This document shows, piece by piece, positions 1-11,800 of a stretch of 64,000 nt of DNA. The notes beneath the pieces were generated by a model, which saw only the letters and a program-made list of their open reading frames with translations, was not told the DNA's origin and searched no databases. The DNA comes from Candidatus Latescibacterota bacterium (GTDB taxonomy: Bacteria > Latescibacterota > UBA2968 > UBA8231): the NCBI GenBank assembly GCA_965243025.1, contig CBDETY010000003.1, forward strand, positions 3,200,001-3,264,000, read 5' to 3'. Every line of letters starts with the position of its first letter. Within the stretch, counting starts at the first letter, position 1. Position numbers and translations under genes: made by a program.

Positions 1-2670
1 CCCTGAGCCCGCCCGGTACCCGGAGTCGTCGGTGCCGTCCCAGACCGCCTGGTAGATACCCGGGGCGGCGGGAGCCCTTGCAAGGCGGCGCACCAGCCGG
101 CCGCTGAGGTCGCGCACCTCGAGGGACATCTCCGACTCGTCCGACAGGGACGCGTGCAGGATGCCGACGGTATAGTCGATCCGGGTCGAGGCGTTGAACG
201 GGTTGGGGAAGTTCGGCTTCAGCTCGAAGTCGACCGGAACGCGGGGATCGAAGTTGAGGGAAGGGCGCCAGGCGACCGGCCCGGATATGCGCTCGCCTAT
301 CCAGGTTTCGTCGTCGCTGCCCCACCAGTTGTTGTCGGCCAGGAGTTCCATCGGGGACTGGTTGTCGATCAGCAGGGCCGCCCCCTCCACGGCGTTGAGC
401 TCGAGGCGCTCGGGCACGCGGAGACCGGAGACCCGGAGTACCAGCTCGCTGTCGGCGAAGTAGTTGTCGACGATGCTGAGACCGGCGCTTCTGGCGATCA
501 CGGCGACGCGGTTGCCCTCGAACCGGTTCTGCACGATCTGCACCTCCCCCGATCCCTCGCCGAGAACCCCCGTGACCCCGGAAAAGCGATTGCCGCTGAC
601 CACGCCGTGGGTGCGCCTGCCCAGGACGAGGTTGGCCGCATCCTCCGCCTCCCGCCCGTTGCCCTCGAATTCACTGTCCAGGCAGTTGAGCCCGCCTCCG
701 ACCCGCACCAGTCCGCTGGCGGCGCTGTTCTCGATGCGGCTGTCCGCGACGTGCACCTTTCCGGCCGATCCGTGCACTACGACGCCGTTCGCTCCGGCGT
801 TGCGAACCAGCAGGCCTTCGAAGCTGATCGGGGCGTTGTCGGAGTTGATGCGCATCCCGTCAGCGGACGTGTTGGAGATCGTCACCTGCTTGAGCTCCAG
901 GTGACTGTGCAGGCCGTCCGACGAGATCGCCTCCTCCGCAAAATCGATATCGACTTCCCGCAGGACGAGACTCCCCGAAGAATGGATATGGAAGCCGCCC
1001 CAGGCTCCGGGCGCCGGGCGCGGGCCGGCAGGCATGATGCGGCTGCGCCGGCCGCCGGATATCGAGGCGAAGTCTCCCAGGAGGCGGATCTCGCAGCGGT
1101 CGGGATCGCTCCCGGCGCGGCGCTGGTCCTCACTCACCAGCACCGTGGTTCCGTTCAGCATTCTCACCGTCGCCGAGGATCCGACGGAGACATCGCCAAC
1201 CACCTGGATGGTGTCGGCCCAGATGTCCTCGGCGGCGATGAACCCGGCGCGCCTGCGGTCGTTCAGCTGCACGTCGGCGACCATGGCCTCCCCTGCGCGG
1301 CGTATGTTGGAGACGCTGATCCGCGTCGGGGCCGCGGGGTTGGATACGGTCGAGAAATCGCTGAAGAGCCTGCCGTCGAAGACGTCGGTCGCGTCGCCGG
1401 AATTGCCCCCGAAGCGGGCGTTGTACTCCTCGTCGCGGGACCAGAAATCGAGGTTGTCCCTGCCGATGTGAAACCCCTTCTCCGTTCCGTACGGATACCC
1501 GGCATCGAGGAAGAGCCCGTCGGCGCAGACGAGGTCCACCCTCTTCCCCTGTTCGTTGGTGTTGCCCAACGCCAGCTCGTCAATCTCCCAGACCAGCAGG
1601 CCCTCGCCCGGAAGGTTGCGTTCGTAGTGGCTGTTGGCGCGGCTGCGGTGCTCGACGAGGAGGTAGCGGGACTCGTTGATCCGTATCAGGACGACTTCCC
1701 CCCCGGCGTTGACGTCCTCGAAGACCAGCCCTTCGGCGTCGTTTTCGAGGAGGCGCAGGCGGCTGTTGGCCACCCCGAGCCATCCCAGCCTCGCCAGGCT
1801 CCAGGCGCACAGCGGGTTCGGCCCGTCGCCGCCGCCCCAGCCGATGGCCCCGTGGCCCATCAGGCCCCAGCTGCCGATGCCCGCGGACTGGCCGGAGGGG
1901 GGCACCTCCTCCCGCCGGATCAGGACGTCGGTATCGTACAGGTCCGGCAGCCCGAGGGTGTGGGCGAACTCGTGGCACATGTTGCCCGCGGCCGTGGCGA
2001 ACCTCGCCCCCTGCTGAGTAACTCCTTCCTCTATGCGGATGAATCCCCCGTTGGCCCGGGGGTCGTCGGTCCTGAAGCCCCACCCGAGGGAGGCGATTCC
2101 GGTGGCGTTCCTGACGATGAACCCCGGCGGGGTCGAGCGGGCGATCACGAACAGGAAATCGACTTCGCCGTCGTCGTCCCCCGAGTTGGGCAGGCCGTCG
2201 GGGCCGTCGTTGTCGTACAGGCCGTAGTCGATCTCCCTGTCGGAGGCGGCTATCAGCTCGGTGACGTAGTCCGCCCAGCGCCCCGGCTCCCCCTCGACCT
2301 GGCTGATGTAGGAGGAGGCGGGGCCGTTGGAGGAGTACTCCTTCGGCAGGACCGAGCCGGTGATCTCGTACTGACCCCGCGACATCTCGGTGTAGAAGTG
2401 GGTGACGCTTCCCGGGAGGCCGGGATCGAAGAGATCCTCGGCGAAGGCGGGAGGGGTGTTGCCGGGGCGCGCCTCCTCGTCGGCGAAGCGGCCGAACAGG
2501 GCGACCGCATGGACACTGCCGGTAACGGGAACGGATTCCAAGATCCTCTGCGCCGGTTTGGCCGCGGCGTGGGCGACATGAAACCCGGCCTCGAGGGCCG
2601 GGGCCCCGGTCTGCCCGGCAAGCAGCAGGGCGGCGCAAAGGCCCCTTTCCGCGAGGGGAAAGCGGCGCAT
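1..2670 (-). CDS. Secreted M6-family (immune inhibitor A-like) zinc metalloprotease with beta-helix region and FlgD/T9SS-like C-terminal domain; 3' end runs off the window
   Basis: Not in the ORF track; translated by hand. ATG at 2670 gives MRRFPLAERGLCAALLLAG (signal-like). HExxH motif NMCHEFAHTLGLPDLYD lies at ~1980 in the same frame, and the C-terminus reads FELKPNFPNPFNAST...WDGTDDSG. Paralogue of 8225-11800. Confidence 0.88.
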   Translation of the reverse strand, partial: MRRFPLAERGLCAALLLAGQTGAPALEAGFHVAHAAAKPAQRILESVPVTGSVHAVALFGRFADEEARPGNTPPAFAEDLFDPGLPGSVTHFYTEMSRGQYEITGSVLPKEYSSNGPASSYISQVEGEPGRWADYVTELIAASDREIDYGLYDNDGPDGLPNSGDDDGEVDFLFVIARSTPPGFIVRNATGIASLGWGFRTDDPRANGGFIRIEEGVTQQGARFATAAGNMCHEFAHTLGLPDLYDTDVLIRREEVPPSGQSAGIGSWGLMGHGAIGWGGGDGPNPLCAWSLARLGWLGVANSRLRLLENDAEGLVFEDVNAGGEVVLIRINESRYLLVEHRSRANSHYERNLPGEGLLVWEIDELALGNTNEQGKRVDLVCADGLFLDAGYPYGTEKGFHIGRDNLDFWSRDEEYNARFGGNSGDATDVFDGRLFSDFSTVSNPAAPTRISVSNIRRAGEAMVADVQLNDRRRAGFIAAEDIWADTIQVVGDVSVGSSATVRMLNGTTVLVSEDQRRAGSDPDRCEIRLLGDFASISGGRRSRIMPAGPRPAPGAWGGFHIHSSGSLVLREVDIDFAEEAISSDGLHSHLELKQVTISNTSADGMRINSDNAPISFEGLLVRNAGANGVVVHGSAGKVHVADSRIENSAASGLVRVGGGLNCLDSEFEGNGREAEDAANLVLGRRTHGVVSGNRFSGVTGVLGEGSGEVQIVQNRFEGNRVAVIARSAGLSIVDNYFADSELVLRVSGLRVPERLELNAVEGAALLIDNQSPMELLADNNWWGSDDETWIGERISGPVAWRPSLNFDPRVPVDFELKPNFPNPFNASTRIDYTVGILHASLSDESEMSLEVRDLSGRLVRRLARAPAAPGIYQAVWDGTDDSGYRAGSG

Positions 2671-3087
2671 CACCGCACCGCGGGGTCGGCGTCGTGCCGT
2701 TTGCGCCCTGGTTTCATCCAAGTTCCCGGTAGTGCCGGCGCGCGCGATCGAACGTTGCCCAGGCAGGCAGGCTGTTGCTGTATCCGCGCGCCATTCCGCC
2801 CGAGTCCGGGCGGTGCCGCCCCGGGGCACGGACACGGCGCTGGAAAAAGCCCGGACAAGCCGCGAATGTCCCGCCCGTCCACGGCCACCCCGGGGATCGG
2901 GGTCACCGGGCAGGCTCCGGAGTTCGCACGGGCGGTACGCGGTCCGTACGCCGGCGCGTCTTCTCCTTCGACGATCCAGGGGCAGTCCCGGTTTCTGCGG
3001 TTCGGCCCCGGCCGCGCCGGTTGCTGCAATCGGAAAACCAGCGGAAATGTAACGAGGCGCCCCGGCGGGCGCCTTTGCCGGCCTCCG

Positions 3088-4794
3088 TCAGCTCCCTGCC
3101 AGGTCGAGCTGCAAGCTGGCGAGGTGGCCGTTCTCGCGCCCGCGGCGGCGTTCGAAGCGGTAGCGGAACGAGGCGGAGGCAGGCCCCCTGGCGAGCTCCA
3201 GGAGCCCGTACGCCCGCCAGCCCTCCCCGTTCAGGGCGCGGATGCTGACGGCCCCGGGAAGATCGTACTCGAACTCGTAGATGCGGGCGTCCCACGTGTC
3301 GACGCGGAAGCGGCTGAGGTGCCCGCTGCAGCGCAGCGCCCCGAGACGCAGCCGGACAGCGACGGAGGCGCTGGCGGCGCGGTCTGTCTCGGAGCCGGTT
3401 CGCACCTGCCCGGTCTCGAGGCGGAGGCGGACCACCGGCAGGCGGCCCTCCCCTTTTCGCTGCAGGTCGAAGCGGACCTTGCGCGACCTGGCGGTCGCGG
3501 CTTCCCCCTGCTTCCAGACCGGTTTGCACCGCTGCCTGAGACTGAGTTTCGGGTTCCACGCCGCCACCCGCGCGAGAGCCCGGCCCAGTCCCTCCGGGCC
3601 CCGGCCCCGAAGCGGTTTCACCAGCCGGGCGAGTCTCCACTCGGCGCCGAACAGGGTGTGCTCGCCGGGCATCGGGTAGAAGTAGGTCCTCTCCGGACGC
3701 CGGTAGCGGTCGCCGTAGAAGCTCAGACCTGTCCTCCGGTGCCCGATCACCACCAGGACTCCGCGCTCGTTCTTCATGCCGCCGGCGCCGGGAGCGCCTC
3801 CGAAGAAGGCGTGGTACCCCGGGTCGTAGGCCCGCAGCAGCACCCCGGCGGTCAGCCGCCGCGACGACAGGCGCATGCCCCCCACCCACCCCAGGGGACC
3901 TCGGTCCTGAAGGGCGGCCTCGCCGAAGCCCTTGAACCGGCGGCCCCGCCAGGTCAGATCGAGGCCGGCTGTCGACTGCCCGCGTCCGTGAAAGGCGTAC
4001 TCGACCCGACCCGGGCGCCGCAGGTCGACCGGGCGGGAGAACCGGACCTTCAGAAGGGTCGTCCCGAACGAGAGCCTGCCGCGCTCGCGGCGCAGCCTCA
4101 GGACCCCGGTCTGTCCGCCGAGCCGGTCGGCATTGCGCCGTTCCGCCGGGCTGACGTGGTAGCCGCTCTGCGGCAGCGAGGTGACGCGCCCGCTGTCGTC
4201 GACGCGGGCGTCGAAGCGGATGCCTCCGGCCAGCACCGCCGCCTCGAAGCCGGGCCGGCGCAGGCGCAGCGACAGCCCGCGGACGGAGTGGTTCTCCGCG
4301 GAGGATCGGTACCCCGTCGCCCCTGTGTCGCGCCGCGGCCGGGGCATGGCCGCTCCACCGCGCCAGCCGTGGCGGCTGAACACCAGCCCCTGGGCGAAGC
4401 CCGGCCTCAGGTCTCCGGCGACCGCTTCGAACCCGGCGAGCTCCGCGGACGCGTGGGCGCTGGCGAAATCCCTCCAGGACCGCTCTCCCGGATCCTTCTC
4501 GGCCAGCGCGTACAGGGCGGGACCGCCGGGAGCTTCCCATTCGAGCCGCTGGTACACCCTGGCCTGGCGGTATCCCGGCTCGCGGCCCTGCAGACGCCAG
4601 CGCCCCGACCAGCCCGAAGCGGAGAGGTCCGCCAGGCGGCTGGCCAGGGAGGCTGCTCCCGCCCCCTCCTCGAAGGCGAGGGCGTCGGCATCCCCCTCTT
4701 CCCGGGACCCGTCGGCGGCGATCGGAACCGCGAGGAATGCAGGAGAAAGGATCGCCGCGGCGGCGACCGCCGCGATGGGCGTCCTGGAAAGCAT
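3088..4794 (-). CDS. Putative outer-membrane beta-barrel protein resembling the barrel part of Bacteroidota 'helix-hairpin-helix domain' proteins
   Basis: Signal peptide from ATG 4794. Motifs AEKDPGE, GDLRPGFAQGLV and RIYEFEYDLPG...GEGWR, with amphipathic beta-strand patterning. Confidence 0.6.
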   Translation of the reverse strand: MLSRTPIAAVAAAAILSPAFLAVPIAADGSREEGDADALAFEEGAGAASLASRLADLSASGWSGRWRLQGREPGYRQARVYQRLEWEAPGGPALYALAEKDPGERSWRDFASAHASAELAGFEAVAGDLRPGFAQGLVFSRHGWRGGAAMPRPRRDTGATGYRSSAENHSVRGLSLRLRRPGFEAAVLAGGIRFDARVDDSGRVTSLPQSGYHVSPAERRNADRLGGQTGVLRLRRERGRLSFGTTLLKVRFSRPVDLRRPGRVEYAFHGRGQSTAGLDLTWRGRRFKGFGEAALQDRGPLGWVGGMRLSSRRLTAGVLLRAYDPGYHAFFGGAPGAGGMKNERGVLVVIGHRRTGLSFYGDRYRRPERTYFYPMPGEHTLFGAEWRLARLVKPLRGRGPEGLGRALARVAAWNPKLSLRQRCKPVWKQGEAATARSRKVRFDLQRKGEGRLPVVRLRLETGQVRTGSETDRAASASVAVRLRLGALRCSGHLSRFRVDTWDARIYEFEYDLPGAVSIRALNGEGWRAYGLLELARGPASASFRYRFERRRGRENGHLASLQLDLAGS

Positions 4795-4966
4795 GGCAAC
4801 CCCGGGGCGGCAAATCCCGTACCCGCGCCTTCCTCTCCGGCGCAGGCCTCCCGATGTGTGATTTCGCACACACCCCGTTTCCCCGGCCACACGTTTGACC
4901 GCGGCCCCGCGGGGGCGGCATCTTGGTCAATCCCGCCCCGACCACCCCTGCCCGCGGAGCGCGCCC

Positions 4967-5785
4967 GTGAAGTTCGGAACCTGCAACGAGTACTTCGAAG
5001 ACTGGCCCTTGGAAGAGGTGTTCGACTACGCCGCGGCCATCGGCTACGACGGCGTCGAGATCGCCCCTTTCACCCTGGCCGGTTCGGTGGAGGAGATCCC
5101 CGCCTCCCGCCGCGCCGGGATCCGCCGCGCCGCCGAAGCGGCCGGCGTCGAGATCATCGGCCTGCACTGGCTGCTGATCAGTCCCGAGGGTCTGTACACC
5201 AACCACGTCGACGAGGGGATCCGCAACCGCACCCGGGACTACTTCCAGTCGCTGATCCGGTTCTGCGGCGATCTGGGCGGGGGTGTGATGATCATCGGCT
5301 CGCCCAAGCAGCGGAACGTGCAGGAAGGGTGGGACTACGGCGAGACCTGGGACCGCACCCGGGCGGTCTTCGAGGACTGCCTGCGGCTCGCCGAACAGCA
5401 CTCGGTGTACCTGTGCATCGAGCCGCTCAGCGCCGACCAGACCAACTTCATCACCACCGCGGCCGAGGCCCGGCGCATGGTGGCCGAGATCGATCACCCG
5501 AACTTCCGCACGATGATCGACTGCTGCAGCGGCTCCACCGAGGAGCGCAGCCTCGCGCAACTGCTGGCCGACTCGGGGGAACACCTCTACCACGTCCACG
5601 TCAACGACGCCAACAAGCGCGGACCCGGCTTCGGCGACACCGATTTCACCCGGGTGATGAGGAAGCTGCGAGAGCTGGAGTACGAGCGCTACGTGTCGGT
5701 CGAGGTGTTCGACTTCGCACCCGATCCGCGCACGATCGCCGCGGGAAGCCTGAAGTACCTCGAGGGGATCGCCGACGCGCTTTGA
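4967..5785 (+). CDS. Sugar phosphate isomerase/epimerase (xylose isomerase-like TIM barrel; D-psicose/D-tagatose 3-epimerase family)
   Basis: GTG start after GGAG. Motifs GYDGVEIAP, CIEPL, HVHVND, PGFG and SVEVF. Confidence 0.88.
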   Translation: MKFGTCNEYFEDWPLEEVFDYAAAIGYDGVEIAPFTLAGSVEEIPASRRAGIRRAAEAAGVEIIGLHWLLISPEGLYTNHVDEGIRNRTRDYFQSLIRFCGDLGGGVMIIGSPKQRNVQEGWDYGETWDRTRAVFEDCLRLAEQHSVYLCIEPLSADQTNFITTAAEARRMVAEIDHPNFRTMIDCCSGSTEERSLAQLLADSGEHLYHVHVNDANKRGPGFGDTDFTRVMRKLRELEYERYVSVEVFDFAPDPRTIAAGSLKYLEGIADAL

Positions 5786-5851
5786 CCCGGGCCCGCCTGG
5801 TCTTTGCCGGCGGTCCCGGTTGGCCCTGACAACGCCTGCCGAACGGAGAGA

Positions 5852-6085
5852 CTATTCGTACCGGGCCCCTCCTCCGTCCGCGTACGGCGGCACCAGAAAC
5901 CAGTCCTGCGAAAGCCCCCCTTTCACGACTTCCGCATAATAGAGTTGAAGAGGCGGCCCGTCGTCGAAGGTCACTCCGAGCTTCGTAGAACTGTGCCCGT
6001 GTGTCGAGGGGTTCCCCTCCCTCCAGGGACATCAACCCGCCGCTGTGATCTCCGTCGACGAAAACGAGAATGGATCCGTCTCTTT
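5852..6085 (-). pseudogene. Frameshifted internal fragment of a paralogue of the secreted protein at 31803-32720
   Basis: One frame reads DGSILVFVDGDHSGG...AQFYEA (compare DSIALAIDGDHRGG...AQLYEA). After a frameshift near 5975 it reads TFDDGP...WFLVPPYADGGG* (compare WTVSPPYGDGGG). Confidence 0.7.
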
Positions 6086-6228
6086 TTCGCTCCTCCATGG
6101 CTTGGGCCAGGTGAGCCGACTCCATCACGCCGGCGAACGGTGGGCTGCGTGAAAGGTACATTGTCTGCCGCAGGTTAGCGCCCCGGTCCCCTGCGGGATC
6201 TCCGCCCCCGTACCTGCGCCGCCGACTA

Positions 6229-6256
6229 TTGACAGGCAAACGCCAATGCTTAGCCT
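6229..6256 (+). promoter_or_regulatory. Putative sigma70 promoter for the VOC-gatB unit
   Basis: TTGACA-N16-TAGCCT about 110 nt upstream of ATG 6365. Confidence 0.45.
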
Positions 6257-6364
6257 TCGACCCCCCCGGGACCTTCACACCCGGGCCGGTGCGGATGGCC
6301 TTCCCGCAATCCGCCCGAGCCTGCGACATCCCCAACTACAGCAACCAGAAAACCGGGAGCAGAC

Positions 6365-6736
6365 ATGCCGAACTATTCCCTGAACCACGTTCACCACGAA
6401 TCCACCGACGTCCATGCCGCCGCCGACTGGTACGTCCGGCTGTTCGACGCCGCCGCGGACGAGCCGTTCGAGCGCGGCGGAGCCACCTGGCTGCGCGTTC
6501 ACATAGGGGAGGTCACGGTTACGATCACCGACCGCGACTTCTCCGCCATGGAGCTGGGCCGCTACCAGGGGCTCGATCACTTCGGGCTCGACACCGACGA
6601 CTTCGACGCCACCCTCGAGCGCATCGAAGCGGCCGGGGTCGACATCTGGGCCGGCCCCCTCGAGGCCGAGGGGATGCGCATCGTCTTCATCAACGGGCCC
6701 GACAACGTCAAGATCGAGCTGATGGAAAGGAAGTGA
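6365..6736 (+). CDS. VOC/glyoxalase family protein
   Basis: LNHVH...GLDHFGL...FINGPDNVKIELME metal-ligand pattern; GGAG RBS. Confidence 0.85.
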   Translation: MPNYSLNHVHHESTDVHAAADWYVRLFDAAADEPFERGGATWLRVHIGEVTVTITDRDFSAMELGRYQGLDHFGLDTDDFDATLERIEAAGVDIWAGPLEAEGMRIVFINGPDNVKIELMERK

Positions 6737-6763
6737 CCGCTCCTCTTCAGAAGCGTCCGGTCC

Positions 6764-8209
<1,446 letters not shown>

Positions 8210-8224
8210 GCCTTCCCGATCCCG

Positions 8225-11200
8225 CTACCTCAGCAGGGAGACCTTCCTCCCCTGGCTGAATTCCCCGGCCCGCATCTCGACAATATAGACGCCGCCGGCC
8301 GCCCTGTTTCCCCGGTCGTCGAGGCCGTTCCAGTAGACGGCGTGGGTCCCCGCCTCGAGGCTGGCCGAGACGAGAGTGCGCACCAGGGCTCCGCGCAGGT
8401 CGTAGACCCGCAGCTCGGCGCGCGCCGGCCGGGGCAGGTCGAAGCGCAGGTGGGTACGGCTGTTGAAGGGGTTGGGCCAGCCCGGGTGGAGGGCGAAGCG
8501 CCCGGGAAGCCCGGCGGCGGAGGTTTCCACCGCGGTATCGTGCAGGGCTTCGCTGGTCAGGAAGGGGCGCCATTCGACTTCCCCCTCGAACAGGGCGGCT
8601 ATGGCGGTGCTGTCGGTCGTGCCCCAGTAGTTCCCCCGGGCATTCACCGGCAGTCCGGACTGGTTGACGATGGCGGCGCGGTTGTTGACGAAGGAGTTGC
8701 CGGTTATTTCCCCCGGCACCCGGGAGCCGCTGATCGTTACCGCCGTGAGGTTGTTCTCGAACCGGTTGGCGATCAGCCCCGGCGCCGAATCGAGCGACTC
8801 GACCCCGAAGGAGCCGTTGCGGAAAATCGAGTTGCGCGCCGTCACGCCCTCGACTCCGACCAGCGACATCCCCGAGCTGCTGGCGAAATCGCTCATGTCG
8901 ATCAGCCCGGTGGCGCCGCCGCTCAGCACCAGCCCGGTGCCGACGTTGTCCTCGAACAGGGTCGTCCAGACCTCCATGCGGGAGTCGGCGAAGACGGCGC
9001 CGTGGCCGATGTTGCGGGAGACCGTCACGTCCTCGAACACCATCCGGGCAAGGCCGCTGCCGAGGATCCCGTTCCTGCGATTGCCGCTGATCTCGCAGAA
9101 GTGGAGCTCGACCTCCCCCTCCCACGGGTCGAGCTGCAACCCGTGCAGGGTGCTGCCGGAGACCGTGCATTTCCACAGCTCGATCTTCTGCCCCCGGCCC
9201 CCTGTCGCCACCAGGCCTGAGCGCGGGTCCTCCTCGTCGAGCTGTCCCGACGACTCGATCCTCGTGGAGATCGCCAGCAGACCGCTGTTGCCCAGCGAGA
9301 TCCCCTCCCAGCCGGTGTTCTCGATGACGCTGTCGCGCACCCGCACCAGTCCGGTCCCCCAGGCCCGGAGCGCGTTTCCGGTGATATCCTTCAGGGTCGA
9401 CCCGTCGACCGTCAGCTCGCCGTGCACGGACATGTTGATTCCGTGGACGGTCCGCCGGACGGTCGCGTTCTCCAGGTGGGCCCGCCCCCTGCCGGAGACC
9501 TCCCCGGTCAGGGCGAAGCCGCTCTGACTGATCTCGAGGTCGGAAGCCTCGAGGGTCCCGTCGGCTTTCAGCACCAGTCCGTACCAGAGTGAATCGCTCG
9601 ACGGCGAGTCTACGGTGAGCTCCACCGGGCCGGCCGGAGTTCCCGCAATCTTCAGCCCGCCCTTGACCACGAGCTCGGTAAACCCCGAGCTCTCCCCGCG
9701 CCCGGAGAGATCGCTCGGGGCGAAACGCACGGTGGCGCCGCTGTCTATCACCAGCTCGGAACCCTTCTCGACATGGAGGTCCCAGGGCAGGACGCGGTCC
9801 TGGGACCAGGTGGTCACTCCGGCCGGCAGCCGCTGCCGCAGGAGCCCGTACCGCGAGTTCTCGACCCGCAGCCCGCCGGAGGCCTCGGCCTCTTCAACCC
9901 CCCCGGAGGCGCTCGTCATCAGGAGCAGGCCGAGCCAGTCGCCGGAGCGCGGCCGCTCCTCGGCCGACTCGAGGACCACCGGGTCCCCGGAATCGCCGCG
10001 CACCTCGAGCTCGCCGTAGACGATCATCTCCCCGAAGCTGCGGTCGAAACCGGCGGCGCGGCTGTCGCCGCGGCGGAAGCGCACCCGGGTGCCGGCCTCC
10101 AGTACCAGGCGCACCCCCGGCTCGACGACGACGTCGCCGTCGACCTCGACCTCCCCGGACCAGACGGCGTCGGCCGAGACGTTCCCCTCCACCGGCTGGC
10201 GCACGAGGATGTCGAGGCCCATGCGGCCGCCGCCGAGGTCGCGGATGTTCTCGATGGCGATCCCGAGGGGAACGCCGCGCTCGAAGCGGGCGTGGGCCCG
10301 CAGGCCGGGATTGGTGGTCAGGTCGGCGCGGTCGAAGCGGTCGCCGTCGAAGGGGTCGGTGGCGTCTCCCCGGTTGCCGTTGTGTTCGCTTGCGTAGGTC
10401 TCGTCGCGGGCCCAGAAATCGAGGTTGTCGCCGCCCCTGAGAGGGTCCGGCTGCTCCCCGGGATAGCCGCGGTCGGCGAACAGTCCGTCGGCGCAGACGA
10501 GATCGACCTGCTTGTGGCGCTCCTCGTCGTTGTCCGCCCCCTCGTCGACGTGCCATACCAGCAGCCCGCCGGCGGGGATGTTGCGGTTGTAGAAGCTGCC
10601 GGAGTTCTGGCGGTTCTCGATCAGGAAATACTCCTCCTCGGAAACCGGGATCCGGTACACCGGACCGCCGCGGTCGATCTGCTCCATCTCGAGGCCGCGC
10701 AGCGACCCGGTGACCTCGACGAGGTTCTCGTTCTCCCTGCCGAGCCAGCCCAGCTGCGCCAGCGACCAGGCGGTGAAGGGGTTGGGGCCGTCCTCGACTC
10801 CCCACCCGAGGGTGCCCAGCCCCATCAGCCCCCACTTGCCGATCCCGGCGCCGTCGAGGGCCCAGTCGATCTCCCTGCCGAGAAGCACCGTCGACTGATC
10901 GAACAGGTCGGGAAGCCCGAGCACATGGGCGAACTCGTGGCACATGGTCGCCGAGGTAACGGAGAAGACGTGGCCGCGCTGGGTGGTCCCCCCGAAGCCG
11001 GAGAAACGGCCGCGCACGCGGATGTTTCCCCCGCCGGCGGCCGGGTCGTCGCTGATGAAGTCGGCGTCGAACCCGAGGGACGCGAGCCCGGTGGCGGTGC
11101 GCAGCAGGAAGTTCACCGGCACCGTGAGCAGGTTGATGAAGACGACGTCGACGTAGCCGTCGTCGTCTCCGGAATTCGGCATCCCGTCGGGGCCGTCGTT

Positions 11201-11800
11201 GTCGAAGCGGCCCATGTCGACGTCGGCGTCGGCCTGGGTCAGGATCTCGAGGTTGAAGCGCGGGTAGTCGCCGGAGGTTCCACCCTCTTCGGGCAGGTAG
11301 GCCGCGGCCTCCTCCAGTGAGCTGTAACGCCTGGGGAGGACCTCCCCCCTTACCAGGAGCTGGCCGCGCGACATCTCGTCGTAGAAGTGGGCGAAGCTGC
11401 CCGGAAGGCCGGGGTCGAACAGGTCGTCGGCCCAGGAGGGTTTGCTGTCGGCGCCGTCCGCCTCGCCGCGGAACTTGGCGAAGATCACCAGGGCGTTGAA
11501 GGTCCCCGTGACGGCCCCGCGGCTGTCCTGCGCGGTCCGGGCGCCGGAGGCGCCGGCCTGCTTGGGGGCGCCGCCCCGCGGCGGTTGCACCGGGGGGTCC
11601 GCGGAAAACCCCGAGAGAGATTCCCCCCCCGAATGCCCCTCTCCGGCGCCGCCGCAGGCCACGACCCCCTCGGGGATCAGCTCGACTTCCGACGCGCTGC
11701 CGGGGTTGCCTTCGCCGGAGCCGAGGCAGAGGAGCAGCGAGACCGCCGCGGCTGCCGGGAGGCGGCCACCCGCGGCTACGGGCAAGGCGTCCTGCGGCAT
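8225..11800 (-). CDS. Secreted M6-family metalloprotease with parallel beta-helix repeats and FlgD/T9SS-like C-terminal domain
   Basis: Signal-like N-terminus; CHEFAHVLGLPDLFD, WGLMG and YFLIENRQ motifs; beta-helix repeats; tail ALHPGWPNPFNS...WNGLDDRG...GVY...KVSLLR. Confidence 0.88.
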   Translation of the reverse strand: MPQDALPVAAGGRLPAAAAVSLLLCLGSGEGNPGSASEVELIPEGVVACGGAGEGHSGGESLSGFSADPPVQPPRGGAPKQAGASGARTAQDSRGAVTGTFNALVIFAKFRGEADGADSKPSWADDLFDPGLPGSFAHFYDEMSRGQLLVRGEVLPRRYSSLEEAAAYLPEEGGTSGDYPRFNLEILTQADADVDMGRFDNDGPDGMPNSGDDDGYVDVVFINLLTVPVNFLLRTATGLASLGFDADFISDDPAAGGGNIRVRGRFSGFGGTTQRGHVFSVTSATMCHEFAHVLGLPDLFDQSTVLLGREIDWALDGAGIGKWGLMGLGTLGWGVEDGPNPFTAWSLAQLGWLGRENENLVEVTGSLRGLEMEQIDRGGPVYRIPVSEEEYFLIENRQNSGSFYNRNIPAGGLLVWHVDEGADNDEERHKQVDLVCADGLFADRGYPGEQPDPLRGGDNLDFWARDETYASEHNGNRGDATDPFDGDRFDRADLTTNPGLRAHARFERGVPLGIAIENIRDLGGGRMGLDILVRQPVEGNVSADAVWSGEVEVDGDVVVEPGVRLVLEAGTRVRFRRGDSRAAGFDRSFGEMIVYGELEVRGDSGDPVVLESAEERPRSGDWLGLLLMTSASGGVEEAEASGGLRVENSRYGLLRQRLPAGVTTWSQDRVLPWDLHVEKGSELVIDSGATVRFAPSDLSGRGESSGFTELVVKGGLKIAGTPAGPVELTVDSPSSDSLWYGLVLKADGTLEASDLEISQSGFALTGEVSGRGRAHLENATVRRTVHGINMSVHGELTVDGSTLKDITGNALRAWGTGLVRVRDSVIENTGWEGISLGNSGLLAISTRIESSGQLDEEDPRSGLVATGGRGQKIELWKCTVSGSTLHGLQLDPWEGEVELHFCEISGNRRNGILGSGLARMVFEDVTVSRNIGHGAVFADSRMEVWTTLFEDNVGTGLVLSGGATGLIDMSDFASSSGMSLVGVEGVTARNSIFRNGSFGVESLDSAPGLIANRFENNLTAVTISGSRVPGEITGNSFVNNRAAIVNQSGLPVNARGNYWGTTDSTAIAALFEGEVEWRPFLTSEALHDTAVETSAAGLPGRFALHPGWPNPFNSRTHLRFDLPRPARAELRVYDLRGALVRTLVSASLEAGTHAVYWNGLDDRGNRAAGGVYIVEMRAGEFSQGRKVSLLR

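Noticed and set aside
154-5829. 1891-aa plus-strand ORF
   Set aside because: Antisense/alternate-frame shadow of the M6 protease, barrel and epimerase genes. It has no motifs, and long stop-free frames are expected at this GC content.
6262-6320. Two small hairpins in the VOC-gatB leader as a T-box or riboswitch
   Set aside because: Short GC stems expected by chance; no T-box or known aptamer consensus.
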